Counted from the stretch's first letter, positions 31,027-47,455 are shown. The stretch: DNA of 64,000 bases from Hormiphora californensis (GCA_020137815.1 CM035352.1:1364001-1428000); one strand, 5' to 3'. The notes: generated by a model not told the origin, from the letters alone. Program-made: numbers and translations.

Positions 31027-31598
31027 CTACTTCTGAGCAACATTCACCACATTTACACATACACAGGGTTCATTAGTGACCTCATCGATCCAAGGAGGAG
31101 GATTAGTCTTCAATATGGGCTGGAGGAAGTCAACTGGAGAATTGCGAAGTAGAGGGGGTAGGGATGCGGAGATAGTCGGGGGACACGATACTGCCTTCTT
31201 TCGAGCACTCCTAGAAAATGAGTTTGTGGTTTTCAGTTTTACAGCCGAGTGAATCTTCAGGGGTAACACCTTCGAGGGTCCCCCCAGGGGCAGGTCGGCA
31301 CGGCGGGCACACTGCACGTGCACATCCCGGGAATCGGCACCGAGCTTGAAATTCTTGCACAGGATGCACCGCTCCTCTTTCAGAGAGTACCTGGGGAATG
31401 GGGTGAGAAGGAATTTAAGTTTGAGAGAGAGGGGGGGGGGCTTGTATTTTGAAACTCATAAAAAATAGCTGTACAAGGATATCCAAGGCTTAAAAATTAG
31501 TGTTGAAACGCATACCTGAATGTAGTGTACTGTGAGGTGATAAACTCTGGTAGATTCTTGTGAAAACTGCACGTCCGATCTTTCTCGTCTTTGGGCAT
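31027..31598 (-). CDS. 148-aa orphan protein with a CxxC...HxxC motif; exons 31598-31516 and 31390-31027
   Basis: Canonical gtatg..ccccag intron with phase-consistent joining (83+364 nt): MPKDEKDRTCSFHKNLPEFITSQYTTFRYSLKEERCILCKNFKLGADSRDVHVQCARR... Confidence 0.55.
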
Positions 31599-33443
31599 CG
31601 AGGGAAACCTGAGTAGGGAAAATTAGTCATGGTGTTGAATACTAAGGGCCTTTCCAGACGAGACAAAACAGCTGCTCGTTTTGTCTTTCCAGACGAGATC
31701 CCTGGCATAGATACACTGCGGTACAAAATGGCATTATTTCAAGGCCAAAATTGATTTAACCTGTCTGCATGGCGGCGCGACAGTACGCTCAGGTCGGGTT
31801 ATAACCGGTTAGGCGCCGCCAGACAGGATTAAACATACTTTTGCCCATTGATGAAGACAAATCGGTTACTTGAGGGCTGATGAAACCTGATTTCAGGATA
31901 GGCTGAAACAAAGGGTCAGTATCAAAATATAGTTGACAACTTAAAAAAAATAAATATATTGGCAATGAATAATATTCAGAATATGATGAATTATAGTTTA
32001 GCACTGAGACTGACCTTTGCGAACCATGGTGTCTAGTAAATGGGAGTTTATCAAGTCTCATTGGCTCATAACGAGGTCAGCTTATATCTAAATAACATGT
32101 ACTATGGCTCCTTAACCGCTGAGAACATATGTGTTGGCAGGGAGAGAGAGATAGATAAAGAGGATAGAGAAATCGGTTGTTAAAATTTTTAACACTTGTT
32201 GTGCGTGTCAAAGGAAGAAAAGTCAAGAAGCCAACTCTCGGGCTTTGATCTTTCTAAGAAAGTGCAGCTCAGATCATAATGGAGTCTCTCAGCGTATATT
32301 TTCTATCTGCCGCGTCTGATGCATGTGATGATGCACTCCGAATGATAGCAAGATGGCACACAATAACAGTATTGCGCCTAATTGCACTCTCTCTCTAGCT
32401 CTCCCTCTCTGTCTTTCTGAGTCGCTGACCTCTGTCTCTCTGTCTTTTCTGACTCTCTCTATCTATCCATCTCTCATTCGGTGATTTTTTATTGAATCTA
32501 TGTTTCATGTCTATAGGTCAGTCCAACAATATGAATTCTGAATCAGAATAAATATATCTGTATGGGTTTATTTATTTAGGGGATTCAGTTTTCATGGCAG
32601 ATATAATGAATAATTTCAAATTTAATCTTACATGTTAATTGATTTTATCACCAAGTAGCTCTTGCAATTTCATATATAAATCGGCACTGTAAAACTACAG
32701 AAGTTGCAAGACGATACGATTACGGATCATATCATTATCAACATCAATGGATACAACTTACAAAGCAGCCCTTGCATTTTGTAAAAACAAAATATAAATT
32801 TCTTTGCTCCTTTATAAACCATTTTGAAGATTCATATTCATAATTCAGTTTTCTGGAAACTTGGAGAGGATGGAAAGGAGTTGAGAAGGGAAATTGTACT
32901 TTTTTAGGCTGCTATCACTTGATAATCGCTGAATGGCGTGAAGTATCACGTGACGCTACTGATGCAGGTAGTGCGGTTTTCAAATTAATTCTACTATTGC
33001 AAAAATTCCCTTTAAATGGCTCTCATTACGTCAGTACATCATAAAGCGATTAGTCGGTCTGAGTGCCTAAAAGTAAAGGTGCTATAGGGTAAGCAATTAA
33101 AAAATCGTGACGTATTATCAGGGCGAGGAAGTAACCCTTCTTTAACTGTAGTGCATCAGATTCAACTACCCCCCCCCAATAATATTATAGCTCGGTTTCA
33201 ACCAAGTAACTGTCACCCTGTCTCTCTTGTCAGACGAAACTAAAAGGCCTCGAACAATACTTTTATCGCCCTCTCTCTCTCTCTCTTTCTCTCTCTCACT
33301 CCCTCCCTATCTCTTACTCCCTCCCTATCTCTCACTCTCTCTTTCTGACCCTCCCTCTCGCACGCATCTATAATAGCGGAGAATAAGGATTTTTTATAAA
33401 GCAGTCAGTATATGGTTTACATATAATTAACTGTGCAATGAAG

Positions 33444-33487
<44 letters not shown>

Positions 33488-33595
33488 CTCTCTCTCTCTC
33501 TCTCTCGCTCTCTCCCTCCCCTATCTCTCCATCTCTTCCTTGCCTGACACTCTTTGGAGTGGTTACGATATGACATTTGTCGTTTTGGGGAGTTC

Positions 33596-33730
33596 TCCCA
33601 TTGGTCGGCTGAGATCACGAGACTGTAGTGCTCCGAGTTCAACCAATCAGAGCACCCCCACCGCTAATAGCCACTATCTAAAGTGCCCCTTCTTCCTCGG
33701 TAGCTGTCAAGAGCGACCATCTATAAAAAC
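33596..33730 (+). promoter_or_regulatory. Candidate Pol II promoter (two CCAAT boxes plus TATA) for the peptide-precursor gene
   Basis: attgg at ~33600, aaccaatcag at 33641, ctataaaa at 33721, about 600 bp upstream of the ATG at 34315. Confidence 0.45.
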
Positions 33731-34314
33731 TCGGGATCCCACCACCATAATCAAGAGCACAACTAGCGAGTTGTTGAGAGAGCTGGAGCAGCTCAGTAAC
33801 TACCCTTAGGGGTGCTGTTACTGAGGCACCAAGGCACTCTCAATATAACTCAATTGTTCGTGCCCCTAGCGCAACGAGCTCTTGTACCTTCTCGTTACAC
33901 AATTTGTTCATAACTAATAACTTAATATGTTCATAATATGTACATATTATGTTCATATTGCCTTGCCACAAAATATCAATCAACCATCCATCCTATCACC
34001 ACGATCTTTCCCCAGTGCAGAGTGCCACTGAACTGATCAAAATACGACCACAACATGCAATCTATAACATGTGTGTTGCGGTTGTATTTCATCTAGTGCA
34101 GGGTGTATGCATAGAACTATGATTCATTTGTTCTTGATCCCACTCCCAGATATCTCTCATCATTTCGCCACCAAACCGCGCCTAATCCTACCCCCTATCC
34201 CTGATTTGACCACCATCTCTATCTCTTTATTTTGCTGCAATAAAGAATCAGTTCTTCTTCACTATAATACTGACCTCTCCTCCCCACTGTTATAGGAAAC
34301 AGGCCCCCAGTACC

Positions 34315-34974
34315 ATGAAGCTGTCTATCGCTATCTGTGTGATGCTTGTTGTCGCGTAAGTAGTGTACCTCTCTAGTTCATACTATCTCTCGAGATAAAC
34401 TTTTTACCAAATCCTACTGTAGTAGCCCACACCATCCTGTCCAAACCCCACACCATCCCGTCCTAACCCCACGACAACCGTCCCTAACCCCACGACAACC
34501 GTCCCTAACCCCACGACAACCACCCCTAACCCCACGACAACCGTCCCGTCCTAACCCCACCCCTCCTTTCAGTCTGGGTATGAGTCCGGTTGTGGAGTCA
34601 GCGGCCCTGTCTGTCCAACAGGCGGCGTCCGAGTGGAACTCCCTAGAACTCAGTGCAGAGGGATCTGATCTCGCCTCATCTGTCATCAACAACAAGGAGG
34701 AATTCGAGGGTGAGTAGAGAGGGAGGAGATAGGTCATAGGGAGGGATTCGAGGGTGAGTAGAGTGGGAGCCGGGAGGGATGGGTACTACCCATTGGATAG
34801 GGACTGGAGATGAGTAGATAGGGTGAGTATTAGGACTAGGAATGAGTCTCTCAATTTCAAGGAGATGAGTATGATAGGGATGTATTAGGAATTTGGAGTG
34901 TAGATAAAGAGATAAATCCATGGCAAACCACCCTTTTACCAGTTCCTCTCTCCCCAGGTGCTCTCTACGGTTAA
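34315..34974 (+). CDS. Small secreted precursor of a putative C-terminally amidated (neuro)peptide; exons 34315-34355, 34573-34709, and 34943 (or 34958)-34974
   Basis: Spliced product MKLSIAICVMLVVALGMSPVVESAALSVQQAASEWNSLELSAEGSDLASSVINNKEEFE(VPLSP)GALYG*: signal peptide, acidic propeptide, terminal Gly. Donors gtaagt and gtgagt are canonical. Confidence 0.75.
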
Positions 34975-35871
34975 ACTCTTCCTCTACACCCGCGCTGCAG
35001 CTCACCAAAAAAACTTATAAATACACCGGCAAAGGGATTATATAGAGCTGTGGAATTGGAACCGAGGCGGAGAGAGAGAGGAGAGAGATGATCCCTGGAT
35101 CCCTCCACCACGATCCGACACACACACATACCCCCATGGAGTCCATGGGCTGCATGGACTATATCTGATAGAGAGAGAACTGCACGTGTATATTCCATTA
35201 CCCAACTATGTGTGCGAGATCTGTTTACTAGATATGTTTCATGTTATAACACTGTGGAGATAGTGTGGTGGTCCCGGGTTCTATCGACACATCCCCCCTA
35301 ATCACACTTGAACACCCAGTGTTTTATTTGGTATGTGTGTGTGAGAATTTGCTTTGTACCCTTGCACCCAGACGAGCATTGTGAAGGTGTAGAATATACC
35401 CTCGCCCCTTCTATCCCAACTAGCTCACTTGTAGATCGAGTTGCAGTGCAGGACAGTACATTATTTTATTTTCCCCTGTCCCAGATGGAGATTTTTTAAC
35501 AGTATCATTTATCTATTGCAAACAAAAATATCATTGGTCGTTAATATTCGTATAAATTTTCTGGGTTAAAAACTCTGACATCATGGAACGGGTGTGTGTG
35601 TGTATGTCATCACTTTGTCACGTCACTAATTTGGCACCATGACAATATATTTGTCCCAATTTAAATTGTTTGTCCCGTAATACACCTTTCAACAGTTTGT
35701 CCCTCACTAATTCTGTCCTTTTAACCAACATCTCAAACGATCGACTGTTCCACAAAAAGTTACCATTGTCATAACTCAAAACAAGTTCATATCACCACTC
35801 AAATCATCCATTTCACCACGTTGTCAAACTGTCCTTTACACATATTATATCACTCAAACACTGCCCACATT

Positions 35872-38719
<2,848 letters not shown>

Positions 38720-39017
38720 CCTACTAGTTGGGGAATTGTGCACTTCCTCTGATGGACCCTCTCCTTCCTCTTCCTAGTAGTTTGAGGAATCGTGTTATAA
38801 TGAGTGAATCGAGAGGACCAGAGAAGTTATGACACTACCGGGGTGCCCTGACTTATATTAGAAGAAATTGAAAGACACTTGAGATGTAAGAATAGTTTGA
38901 AGAAAGAAAGCTCTATTAGAAAGAAACTGAAAGGATGTGTTAGATAGTTTAGTAACTAGTTGACTGAGGAAGTCAGACGGCCCACTTCTATATTTCTCTC
39001 TTTCTTTTGTCTTCGCC

Positions 39018-39081
<64 letters not shown>

Positions 39082-39265
39082 TCATCTCTTGGTGACGCGA
39101 AGTTCGTCTCCCCAGTCACATGGTTGACTTAAATGCATTTCCTCGCAGGTTGTTATGCAGCTGATTTGCCTCTCAGAGATCGAGACGCAATAAGCATTAT
39201 TATATATCTTCTACCTTTCGGCTTGACAAGAAGCGCAGTTAGGTGGTTCTAGCTAGTGGGAGCTA

Positions 39266-39326
<61 letters not shown>

Positions 39327-40315
39327 CGAGACGGGGATAATATTAATATAAGTAAAGATATATTGCTATTAGTAAAGAAATCGCCAGTCGTGTATGAACT
39401 ACGGTGCGGCGGGTAGTTTGTATATCATTTTTTGAATGCAGTGCATCTTACCGGAAGGGTGTAAATGCGGCTAACCCGCCGATCAGGCTCCATAATCTCC
39501 TGATCTCTCGCTCTCTGAACGTGACTAACTTAAACACAACAAAAGATATGAACACAAACAAGTGAATGAAGTGTGTGTGGCAATCACACAGGTGAGGCTC
39601 GGGGTGCGTGTGGGAATGAAACGAAAACAATCGTGCTCTTTTTTATTATCTCTCTCTCTCTCCCCCTGATCTCTCTCTCTCCCTATATCTCTTTCTCTCA
39701 CTCTCTCACTCTCTCATTCAATCACATACCACAACCGGATAAGATCACTGCAGTTAATTAATTAGTGCTAAAAGGGTAAAATTTGGCAAGACATTTTACA
39801 AAGTCAAAAAGTTAGGAATTGAGAGTTTCGAAAAGCTGTACAAATCTTCAATAACTATTGAGCTGAGACAAAGTGCATTATAATTGTGAGTGCATTGTGT
39901 GGGATTGCTAGTAACATAATATAACATAGTATGGCCGTTAACATAAATGTACATTAGTTTGTAGACAATAAAAAAGACACAATGGAGAGACAGAGAGGTC
40001 AGAAAAGAGAGTTAATGAGACGGCACAGCGTCTAACTACAACCGTTTAGAAGGATATTCAACCTCAAATAATGTATCGATATTCCTGCTACAGGTATTAT
40101 GAAATATGCATGAGTTTTCATCGCTGCAGACCTCCATAAGACAAGTAAAGGAATGAAAGAGGTGGTTCTGCTAATATAAAATATAGAATCATCGTGGTCA
40201 TGCTAATGGTAAGTTAACAACATTTAGGTTTATCATGCAAGCGTATGACTACACCTAGGTGTAGTGCATACAGGAGGGTATTGCATTGCGATGTGAATAA
40301 CTAGTCATTCTGCAC

Positions 40316-40460
<145 letters not shown>

Positions 40461-41476
40461 AACAAAAACATATGCGAATTGTTTGCTTTACTCATACAGG
40501 TTTTTCTCTATCCGATGGCCCTGACAGTAGCCCCACAACCATGGTTATCCAGATGACCGACAGAGTGTGTGATTGCTAGTGTGAACTCAGTTATCACTAT
40601 GTAACGAGCTGCTATAAAAGATGAAACGCACCAACCGGCTGGTATAACGTTATACTTATAGGCCATGTACCACCAACGCATACCATGCATATTACGCAGT
40701 GAATTATGAGGTATCATGATAATGATACCCTCAATTCACCACACCTACAGTCCTATAACGGTTGAAATCTTGTTCCTTTTGACACTCCGGGCCGGGGTTG
40801 GATAAATATTAAATCATAAATAGTAAATAATAAATTTAGCAGGGACTGACTGTACCAACTGTATGTTTGTTCTGCCAGGTATAAACACTGTATACCCAGC
40901 AGTCACGCTGCATACGGCACAAAACATGCACATTTCATGAAATTGCCAAATTAAACCAAATACCACAATCATATTATGTACAGTCAAGTCAATATTGGGC
41001 CACATACTTGGTGACGCAGTCACCCTTACAACTCGCGCGCGTAGCGCGCGAAAACGAAGCCCGCGAAGCGGGCTGAGAGGTGATGGCATCACCAGAGGTG
41101 ATGGCATCACCAAGCCACATGGCATCACCAAGCCACATGGCATCACCAAGCCACATACAATAACTTTGATATTATTCGCACCTTGATATCAAATCACACT
41201 GGAGGTGCGAGATGTCACAACTTGCCTCTTAATGCCTGTCAAATGCTGTCTGGCGCCGCGACCCCATCTGAGCGCAAATCAAATGGGGTATGGCGCCGCC
41301 ATACAGGTCAAATGTCTATATAGTCTGTTAGACAGTGTCACACATGAAGTCTTTAGACAGTGTCACACAAGTAAAATGTCTTTGAGTCTGTTCCCTGTAT
41401 CCAGATCTGTTTCAGTAAGTCCCAACCAGTGTTGTAGTCACGTGTTGTCCATATATGGTAGTGTGTATCACATACC

Positions 41477-43535
41477 TCAATCAGTTATGTGAATAACGGT
41501 AGCGAATACTGCACAAAACACCAACAGAAGGATGGTAGGTAGAAGAGGGTATCCCATGTTGGGGTTGAATTGGCAGTAGTAGCTCTTTTTAGGCGTCCAA
41601 CCCTTGGCATCGTTACTGCAAACAAACGCTTGTTCTTCTGAGCTCTTTTCGTCATACACTAGTTGCCAGTTACTGCACAGAGTAAAGTGTTATAACTGTG
41701 AATTCATTATTATGAATGATATTGAATATTACGTCATCAAATACTAATATACTAAAAGTGATTGAACAGTATAATATAATAACAGGAACCTCTACATGAA
41801 AACCAGGAACGGACCGAATTAGGAAATACTGGTCCCTGATTGGCTGATAACCAGTCACGTGACCTAAATAACGAGTTCTGATTGGTTGTTTACTTGTTTC
41901 GGTCGGTTCCTGATGAAAACTCACGGCATGCAGGAGACGGTGACTGCCTCTGCTACATCAGTAAGATCAGCAGAGAATGCATAGGGAGGGTCACCTGACC
42001 GGGTTCCCACTGCCTTGCCAGTGAACTTTAGTGCTGGTAGGGTGTTGATCGTCCTATCATCACAACCCGCTGCAGGAGTATAGGAAGTATAGGGAGTATA
42101 GGGAGTATAGGGAGTATCATGTGAGCACTTAGCGGGTTTAAGTAATTGCGGACTAAGGAGTGGACCACAACAAGGTGGACCCTTTTCTAAATAACAAATT
42201 AGAATTGGACTCTAATTATCAAATTAGAATTGGACTCACGTTTACAAGCGTGCACTTTATCATACGTTGGATTATAACCCCCTGACTCCTGACATTTAAA
42301 AGTGGCGGATCCCTCGTCCCCCACTGGCCGGGTAAACTTGTCCAGGCATGTCACGGTGCTTGCTACACCGGTGTATTTAACAGGTGTACCAGTAGCGTTG
42401 ACCACTACTGAGTTAGCCGGGTGGGAGACTAGGTAGAGGGTGCTGTCCAGGGGCAGACTTGTACAACCAACTGCATGCAGGTAGATCATGGTGTTATGGG
42501 ATATAATGGGGATATAATCAAATATTAATTAGTTTCGATGCCCGGGACGAGGCAACGGGCGTATCTATAATAGCACATCTCTCGCACAATTATAATTACC
42601 CGCACAGAAACTGCTATACTCCTTCCCTGAGCTGTCTTTGAAGATGTCAGGGCTGAACGCCTTGGTGTCACAATACACGTTAATGTATCCAGAGGAATCT
42701 ACCGTGTCGTTCACCAATGCTTAAAGATAACATAACTTTTTAGAAAAATTAATTCTTCTTGAAGAGTATAGATTGTCAAATATCCAAGTTTTGATGATTC
42801 TCAACAATCAATATTTTACGAACTTGGGTTGGCTAAGCGTATAGCGTTAATAAAGGTCTGTTCAGGATCGTTAGTGCACCTCACTTGGACATTGTACCCA
42901 CTCTTAACCTGAAAGCATCAAATTAGAGCTTTTTCATTGAAGTTAGAGCTATGATATTCTTAACTTATCTGTACTAGATTGAGAGGGTAAGAATACAATA
43001 TGTACATACTCTAGTTATGGATTGAGAGCTATAGTAACCATCTATTTTTCATACCTTTCGTTCCAAGTAACTGAGATATTGGCCGGGAGTAATGCTAAGG
43101 CCCTTGGATCTCCAATTCTCGGGGAGGGTGCAATCGTCAGCGTATTTTATACCTGAATTAATTTCAATAATTGTACTAGCTGGGACGTATCGTATTGTCC
43201 TGTGGAGTACTAAAAAATTCAAAGATTCTCTACTACCTGAGGAGCGTTTGATTGCGGATACATTTGTCCCAGCTGTTTCCGCTAACTGTGTATCTGACAG
43301 GGTCTTGCTCCACACTGAGATGAGACATCATTATAAGAGTGGTTATATTGACTGATATTACAGAACTGTGATAGAACCACATGTCGTAGTCATGTCATAG
43401 TCATGTCATAATAAATTATGTTTGGTTTGTGTGGCTCACACCGAATTATGAAAGAGGGTTCGCTAGGTCAAGGTAGTATAGTTGACACATACCAAGAAGT
43501 GAAGATGAACAAATGAGAATTAAGATGATCACCAT
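41477..43535 (-). CDS. Cys-rich, sushi-like extracellular protein with signal peptide and C-terminal hydrophobic anchor; exons approx. 43535-43493, 43314-43055, 42908-42880, 42719-42600, 42470-42240, 42070-41925, 41673-41477
   Basis: N-terminal MVIILILICSSSLLVWS, Cys-spaced modules (e.g. 'TVTCLDKF..ATFKCQESGGYNP..ACK'), and C-terminal 'YPLLPTILLLVFCAVFATVI'. Confidence 0.7.
41804..41912 (-). mobile_element. 109-bp hAT MITE with 8-bp TSD atgaaaac
   Basis: TIR caggaac(g/c)gaccgaa / ttcggtcggttcctg; atgaaaac at 41796-41803 and 41913-41920. Confidence 0.9.
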
Positions 43536-43611
43536 AGCAACTGCAGATCCACATGGAAACACTAACTAGTACAGAACTGGACTGATATGCTGGTGTGTGT
43601 GGAGACTTTAT

Positions 43612-44164
43612 AGGACAGACAGCGTGGTGTAGTAGACAGCTATAAAACAGGATGCTAGGACAGACAGCGTGGTGTAGTAGACAGCTATAAAACAGGGTGC
43701 TAGGACAGACAGCGTGGTGTAGTAGACAGCTATAAAACAGGATGCTAGGACAGACAGCGTGGTGTAGTAGACAGCTATAAAACAGGATGCTAGGACAGAC
43801 AGCGTGGTGTAGTAGACAGCTATAAAACAGGGTGCTAGGACAGACAGCGTGGTGTAGTAGACAGCTATAAAACAGGGTGCTAGGACAGACAGCGTGGTGT
43901 AGTAGACAGCTATAAAACAGGATGCTAGGACAGACAGCGTGGTGTAGTAGACAGCTATAAAACAGGGTGCTAGGACAGACAGCGTGGTGTAGTAGACAGC
44001 TATAAAACAGGGTGCTAGGACAGACAGCGTGGTGTAGTAGACAGCTGTAAAACAGGATGCTAGGACAGACAGCGTGGTGTAGTAGACAGCTATAAAACAG
44101 GATGCTAGGACAGACAGCGTGGTGTAGTAGACAGCTATAAAACAGGATGCTAGGACAGACAGCA
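43612..44164. repeat. 45-bp minisatellite, about 12 copies
   Basis: Unit aggacagacagcgtggtgtagtagacagctataaaacagg(a/g)tgct. Confidence 0.95.
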
Positions 44165-44313
44165 TATAATATAGTTGCCAAGTATGGACTCCATAGAATT
44201 AGAAGAGGATATCCGTAGATTTAGCATCCGACCCCCTAAATGTTTTGACTATGGAGTGGTTTATGTGGACTCCAAATTGTTGAATTGTTCATACTGCGGA
44301 GCACGGAAACAGT

Positions 44314-45003
44314 CAGTGGCGTAGCCAGGGTTTTGAGCATGGTAGTGCATTAAGAATTTGAAGTAGTGCACCTTTGAAGTTTGATGACGGAAAATTTTAC
44401 CGATTTTTGTCGATTTTTGACAATCTGAGAGCAATTTGAAACAATATGAAGGAGGCACACTGCACACTGCACAGCCCCCACGAGCAGGGTCCAGGGATTG
44501 CAAGCCCTGGTGGGGTCGTGGGGCGAAGCCCCCGGAAATTTTTCCTGATTTTTGTCAATTTTGACAATCTGAGAGCAATTTGAAAACAATAATTCAAGCA
44601 ATATGTCGGGAATAATTAATAAAGCCCCCACTAGCAGGGTCCAGGGACTGCAAGCCCTGGTGGGGGCGTGGGGCGAAGCCCCCAGAATTTTTTCCCCGAT
44701 TTCTGCCAATTTTGACAATCTTAGAGCATTTTGAAAACATTATTTCAAACAATATGAAGATTGAAGGAGCTATAATAAGAGTAGTGTCAAGTGTGTATAA
44801 AGACGTGTGTAGGTGTTAGGTGGTACAATCTTATCACGATGACCGATGATTCGACAAGAGGTATAGGCTTTCACGTGTGACGTGCTACTCAAGTTAAAAT
44901 TGGCTCCCCGCTCCAACTCCCGAAATGTAAGGGGCGCCATTCTCCGAAATTTAAGGGGCGCCATGGCGCCCCCTGCGCCCCCCCTCCCTCCCCTACATGC
45001 GTG
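44314..45003. mobile_element. Probable non-autonomous hAT-like insertion(s) with ~150-bp internal repeats, truncating a sushi exon copy
   Basis: Starts cagtggcgtagccaggg and contains internal ggggcgaagcccc repeats; abuts the broken exon at 45004. Confidence 0.45.
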
Positions 45004-45984
45004 AGTATCGTTCCAACTTCCTAGCACAGAACCGTCTACAACAAACTCGGGACACACTGTAATGGATTGAAATGGTGTTGGGAGATTTTAGTTGCAGCTG
45101 ATCACCATTTTCAACAATCATACTACTTACTATTCAAATTGTCAGTGCTACATCACCTAGCAACTACACCTGCACGTGCAATTATTAGAGCAACTTAGAA
45201 ACCTCACTCCCAGTTGCAGTTTTGGGTACTAAGGGGAATTCAATTCTGCACGTGCATTCTTTTACTTTTGTCCTGATGTCTAGCTCTTCCACCCCAAGCG
45301 CTATTCGGCAACGTTTATGATCTAGGTCCAGGAGAACTGCTGCTGTCAGGGAGCAGGCTAGAGAATATGACAGATTACGCCAACGTGTTCAAGCGAGCCA
45401 ATCAACGACTACTGGTAGCTTTACCCAACGTCGCCCAAGTCGAATATATGTAGAAATCTCCAAATCGGCTACATAGCGGCCAAGTTTTCACGTGATGAGT
45501 TTCTGGAACAGCACTGCACCTCCCTGACATTGATCTCTTAAATTCGCACCTTGACATTGTCAGGAAGCCCAAAGCGTACAACAACATGGGCAGGGAGAAA
45601 GTGAGAGATAGGCTAGGAACGGATGGTGCAGGTGATTTCAGCGTTCCCTAATCCAGCTACCATTTCCCCGAAATTCGCCCGTAGGGCGAACGGGCCTACT
45701 AGTACAGTATAAGAGGATTAAAGGATTATTATACATCCCCAAATTTGTACCGAACCTGATAAAATACCTAAGTTTCCTGCAGAGAGGAGCATCAATGTTC
45801 CACTCTCCGTCTCGCACGTGCTTCTTTTGACAGTCGATGGCCGCCGTCAAAGATTATATTCAAGATCAGTGTCGTTCCAACTTCCTAGCACAGAACCATC
45901 TACAAAGCGCTTGTTGAGTAACAAAGCGCCGTAGGATCTGTCAGAGCATTGACCCTATCAGCTGGGATTATCTCAGATGAAGCT

Positions 45985-46040
45985 GGTCCCTGATTGGCTG
46001 ATAACCAGTCACGTGACCTAAATAACGAGTTCTGATTGGT
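45985..46040 (-). mobile_element. Partial copy of the CCAAT/E-box hAT MITE
   Basis: ctggtccctgattggctgataaccagtcacgtgacctaaataacgagttctgattgg. Confidence 0.75.
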
Positions 46041-46958
46041 CAGAGCATTCGCCTGACCCTATCAGCTGGGATTATCTCAGATGAAGCTGTAAGATCTGAA
46101 CTGAAGCTGAGTATGGGGGAAAACGGAGATCATTTCGACCAGTTACCTAACCCACGAATCTACAGCAAGCAGACGTTTATCTTCCCCGGTAATTATAGAA
46201 TGGATTGAGAGAGAACAGCAGGGATTTTACAAAAATTATCTTGGCCGTACTCAGATAATTTTTAAAGAAATTCCCTGCTGTTCAGCAGCACTAGTGAGAT
46301 ATCTATGTTAGTCTAACTTGGCAGGTGAGTAGAACTTCACTCCTAATAAAAGGCTGCAATAAAAGGCTGCGATATAAAGGCTGCAATAAAAAAATGCAAA
46401 AAAGGCTGCAATAAAAGGCTGCAATAAAAGGCTGCAATAAAAGGCTGCAGTGGATCACGTATCCAACTAGACTAAAGCGGGAAATAGACCGAATCGCCAA
46501 TTGGCGCCACGTGACGAAAATCAACTTGGCGCCAATGGCGATGGTCATACTATTTTTCACTCACCTGCACGTCACCAAAAGTTGGCGCCATCAGCGCCAG
46601 TTTTTGGCGCCGATTTGATGCTAATTTGGCGCCAATTGCGCATCGCCAATATTTGGCGCCAATGCAACTGCTTACCTAGTTGTCTACAAAGAGGGGCATC
46701 AATGTTCCACTCTACGTCGGAATTACAGGTCCTCTCAGAGCTACCATCTCGCAAGTGCTTCTTCTGACAGTTGATGGTCACTGTCTGTCCAGGATCAGTA
46801 TCGTTCCAACTTCCTAGCACAGAACCGTCTACAACAAACCCGGGACACACTGCAATGGATTGAAATGGTGTTGGGAGATTTTAGTTGCTGCTGATAACGG
46901 CTATACACCATTATCATGACTAGTAAAACTGGGGCGATCGTACCGATCGCAAATCAAA

Positions 46959-47043
<85 letters not shown>

Positions 47044-47070
47044 CCTTTTATGTATGTGATGTGACCCCTC

Positions 47071-47112
47071 ATAGCTGAAGACGTGATACACAGTGATCTC
47101 GAAAGCTTCTGT
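47071..47112 (+). ncRNA. Minimal type-I hammerhead-like motif (probable Penelope pLTR remnant)
   Basis: atag-CTGAAGA-cgtgat..atctc-GAAA-gctt-ctgt, with palindromic stem III (agct) and one mismatch in stem II. Confidence 0.5.
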
Positions 47113-47283
47113 CAATTTATTTGATTTAGTACCATCATATCGTTGTCTATCTTGTTAGTGACCCCTCAAGTTCGCAAGCACTTGTGATACGTGATACCTA
47201 CGAATCACGTCGTCACACTGACGGATCACGTCGACACACGGACGATAGGGTGTCACATTTCCGTCAAATTTACATTAGATATA

Positions 47284-47455
47284 CAGTCGGACCCCGATTT
47301 AACGGCCCCCGATTTAGCGGCACCCCGATTTAACGGCAGCATAATCTTGCCCCGATATAGAAAATCAACCATATTTGACCCCGATTTAGCGGACACCCCT
47401 ATTTAACGGACAAAACCCTTTCCCCCGAGGGTGCCGTTAAATCGGGGTCCGACTG
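47284..47455. mobile_element. Tc1/pogo-type MITE
   Basis: TIR cagtcggaccccgatttaacggc / gccgttaaatcggggtccgactg, flanked by TA. Confidence 0.9.

Noticed and set aside
43468-44181. 237-aa and 185-aa Cys/His-rich repeat ORFs
   Set aside because: They are by-products of a 45-bp (multiple-of-3) minisatellite with no independent coding evidence.
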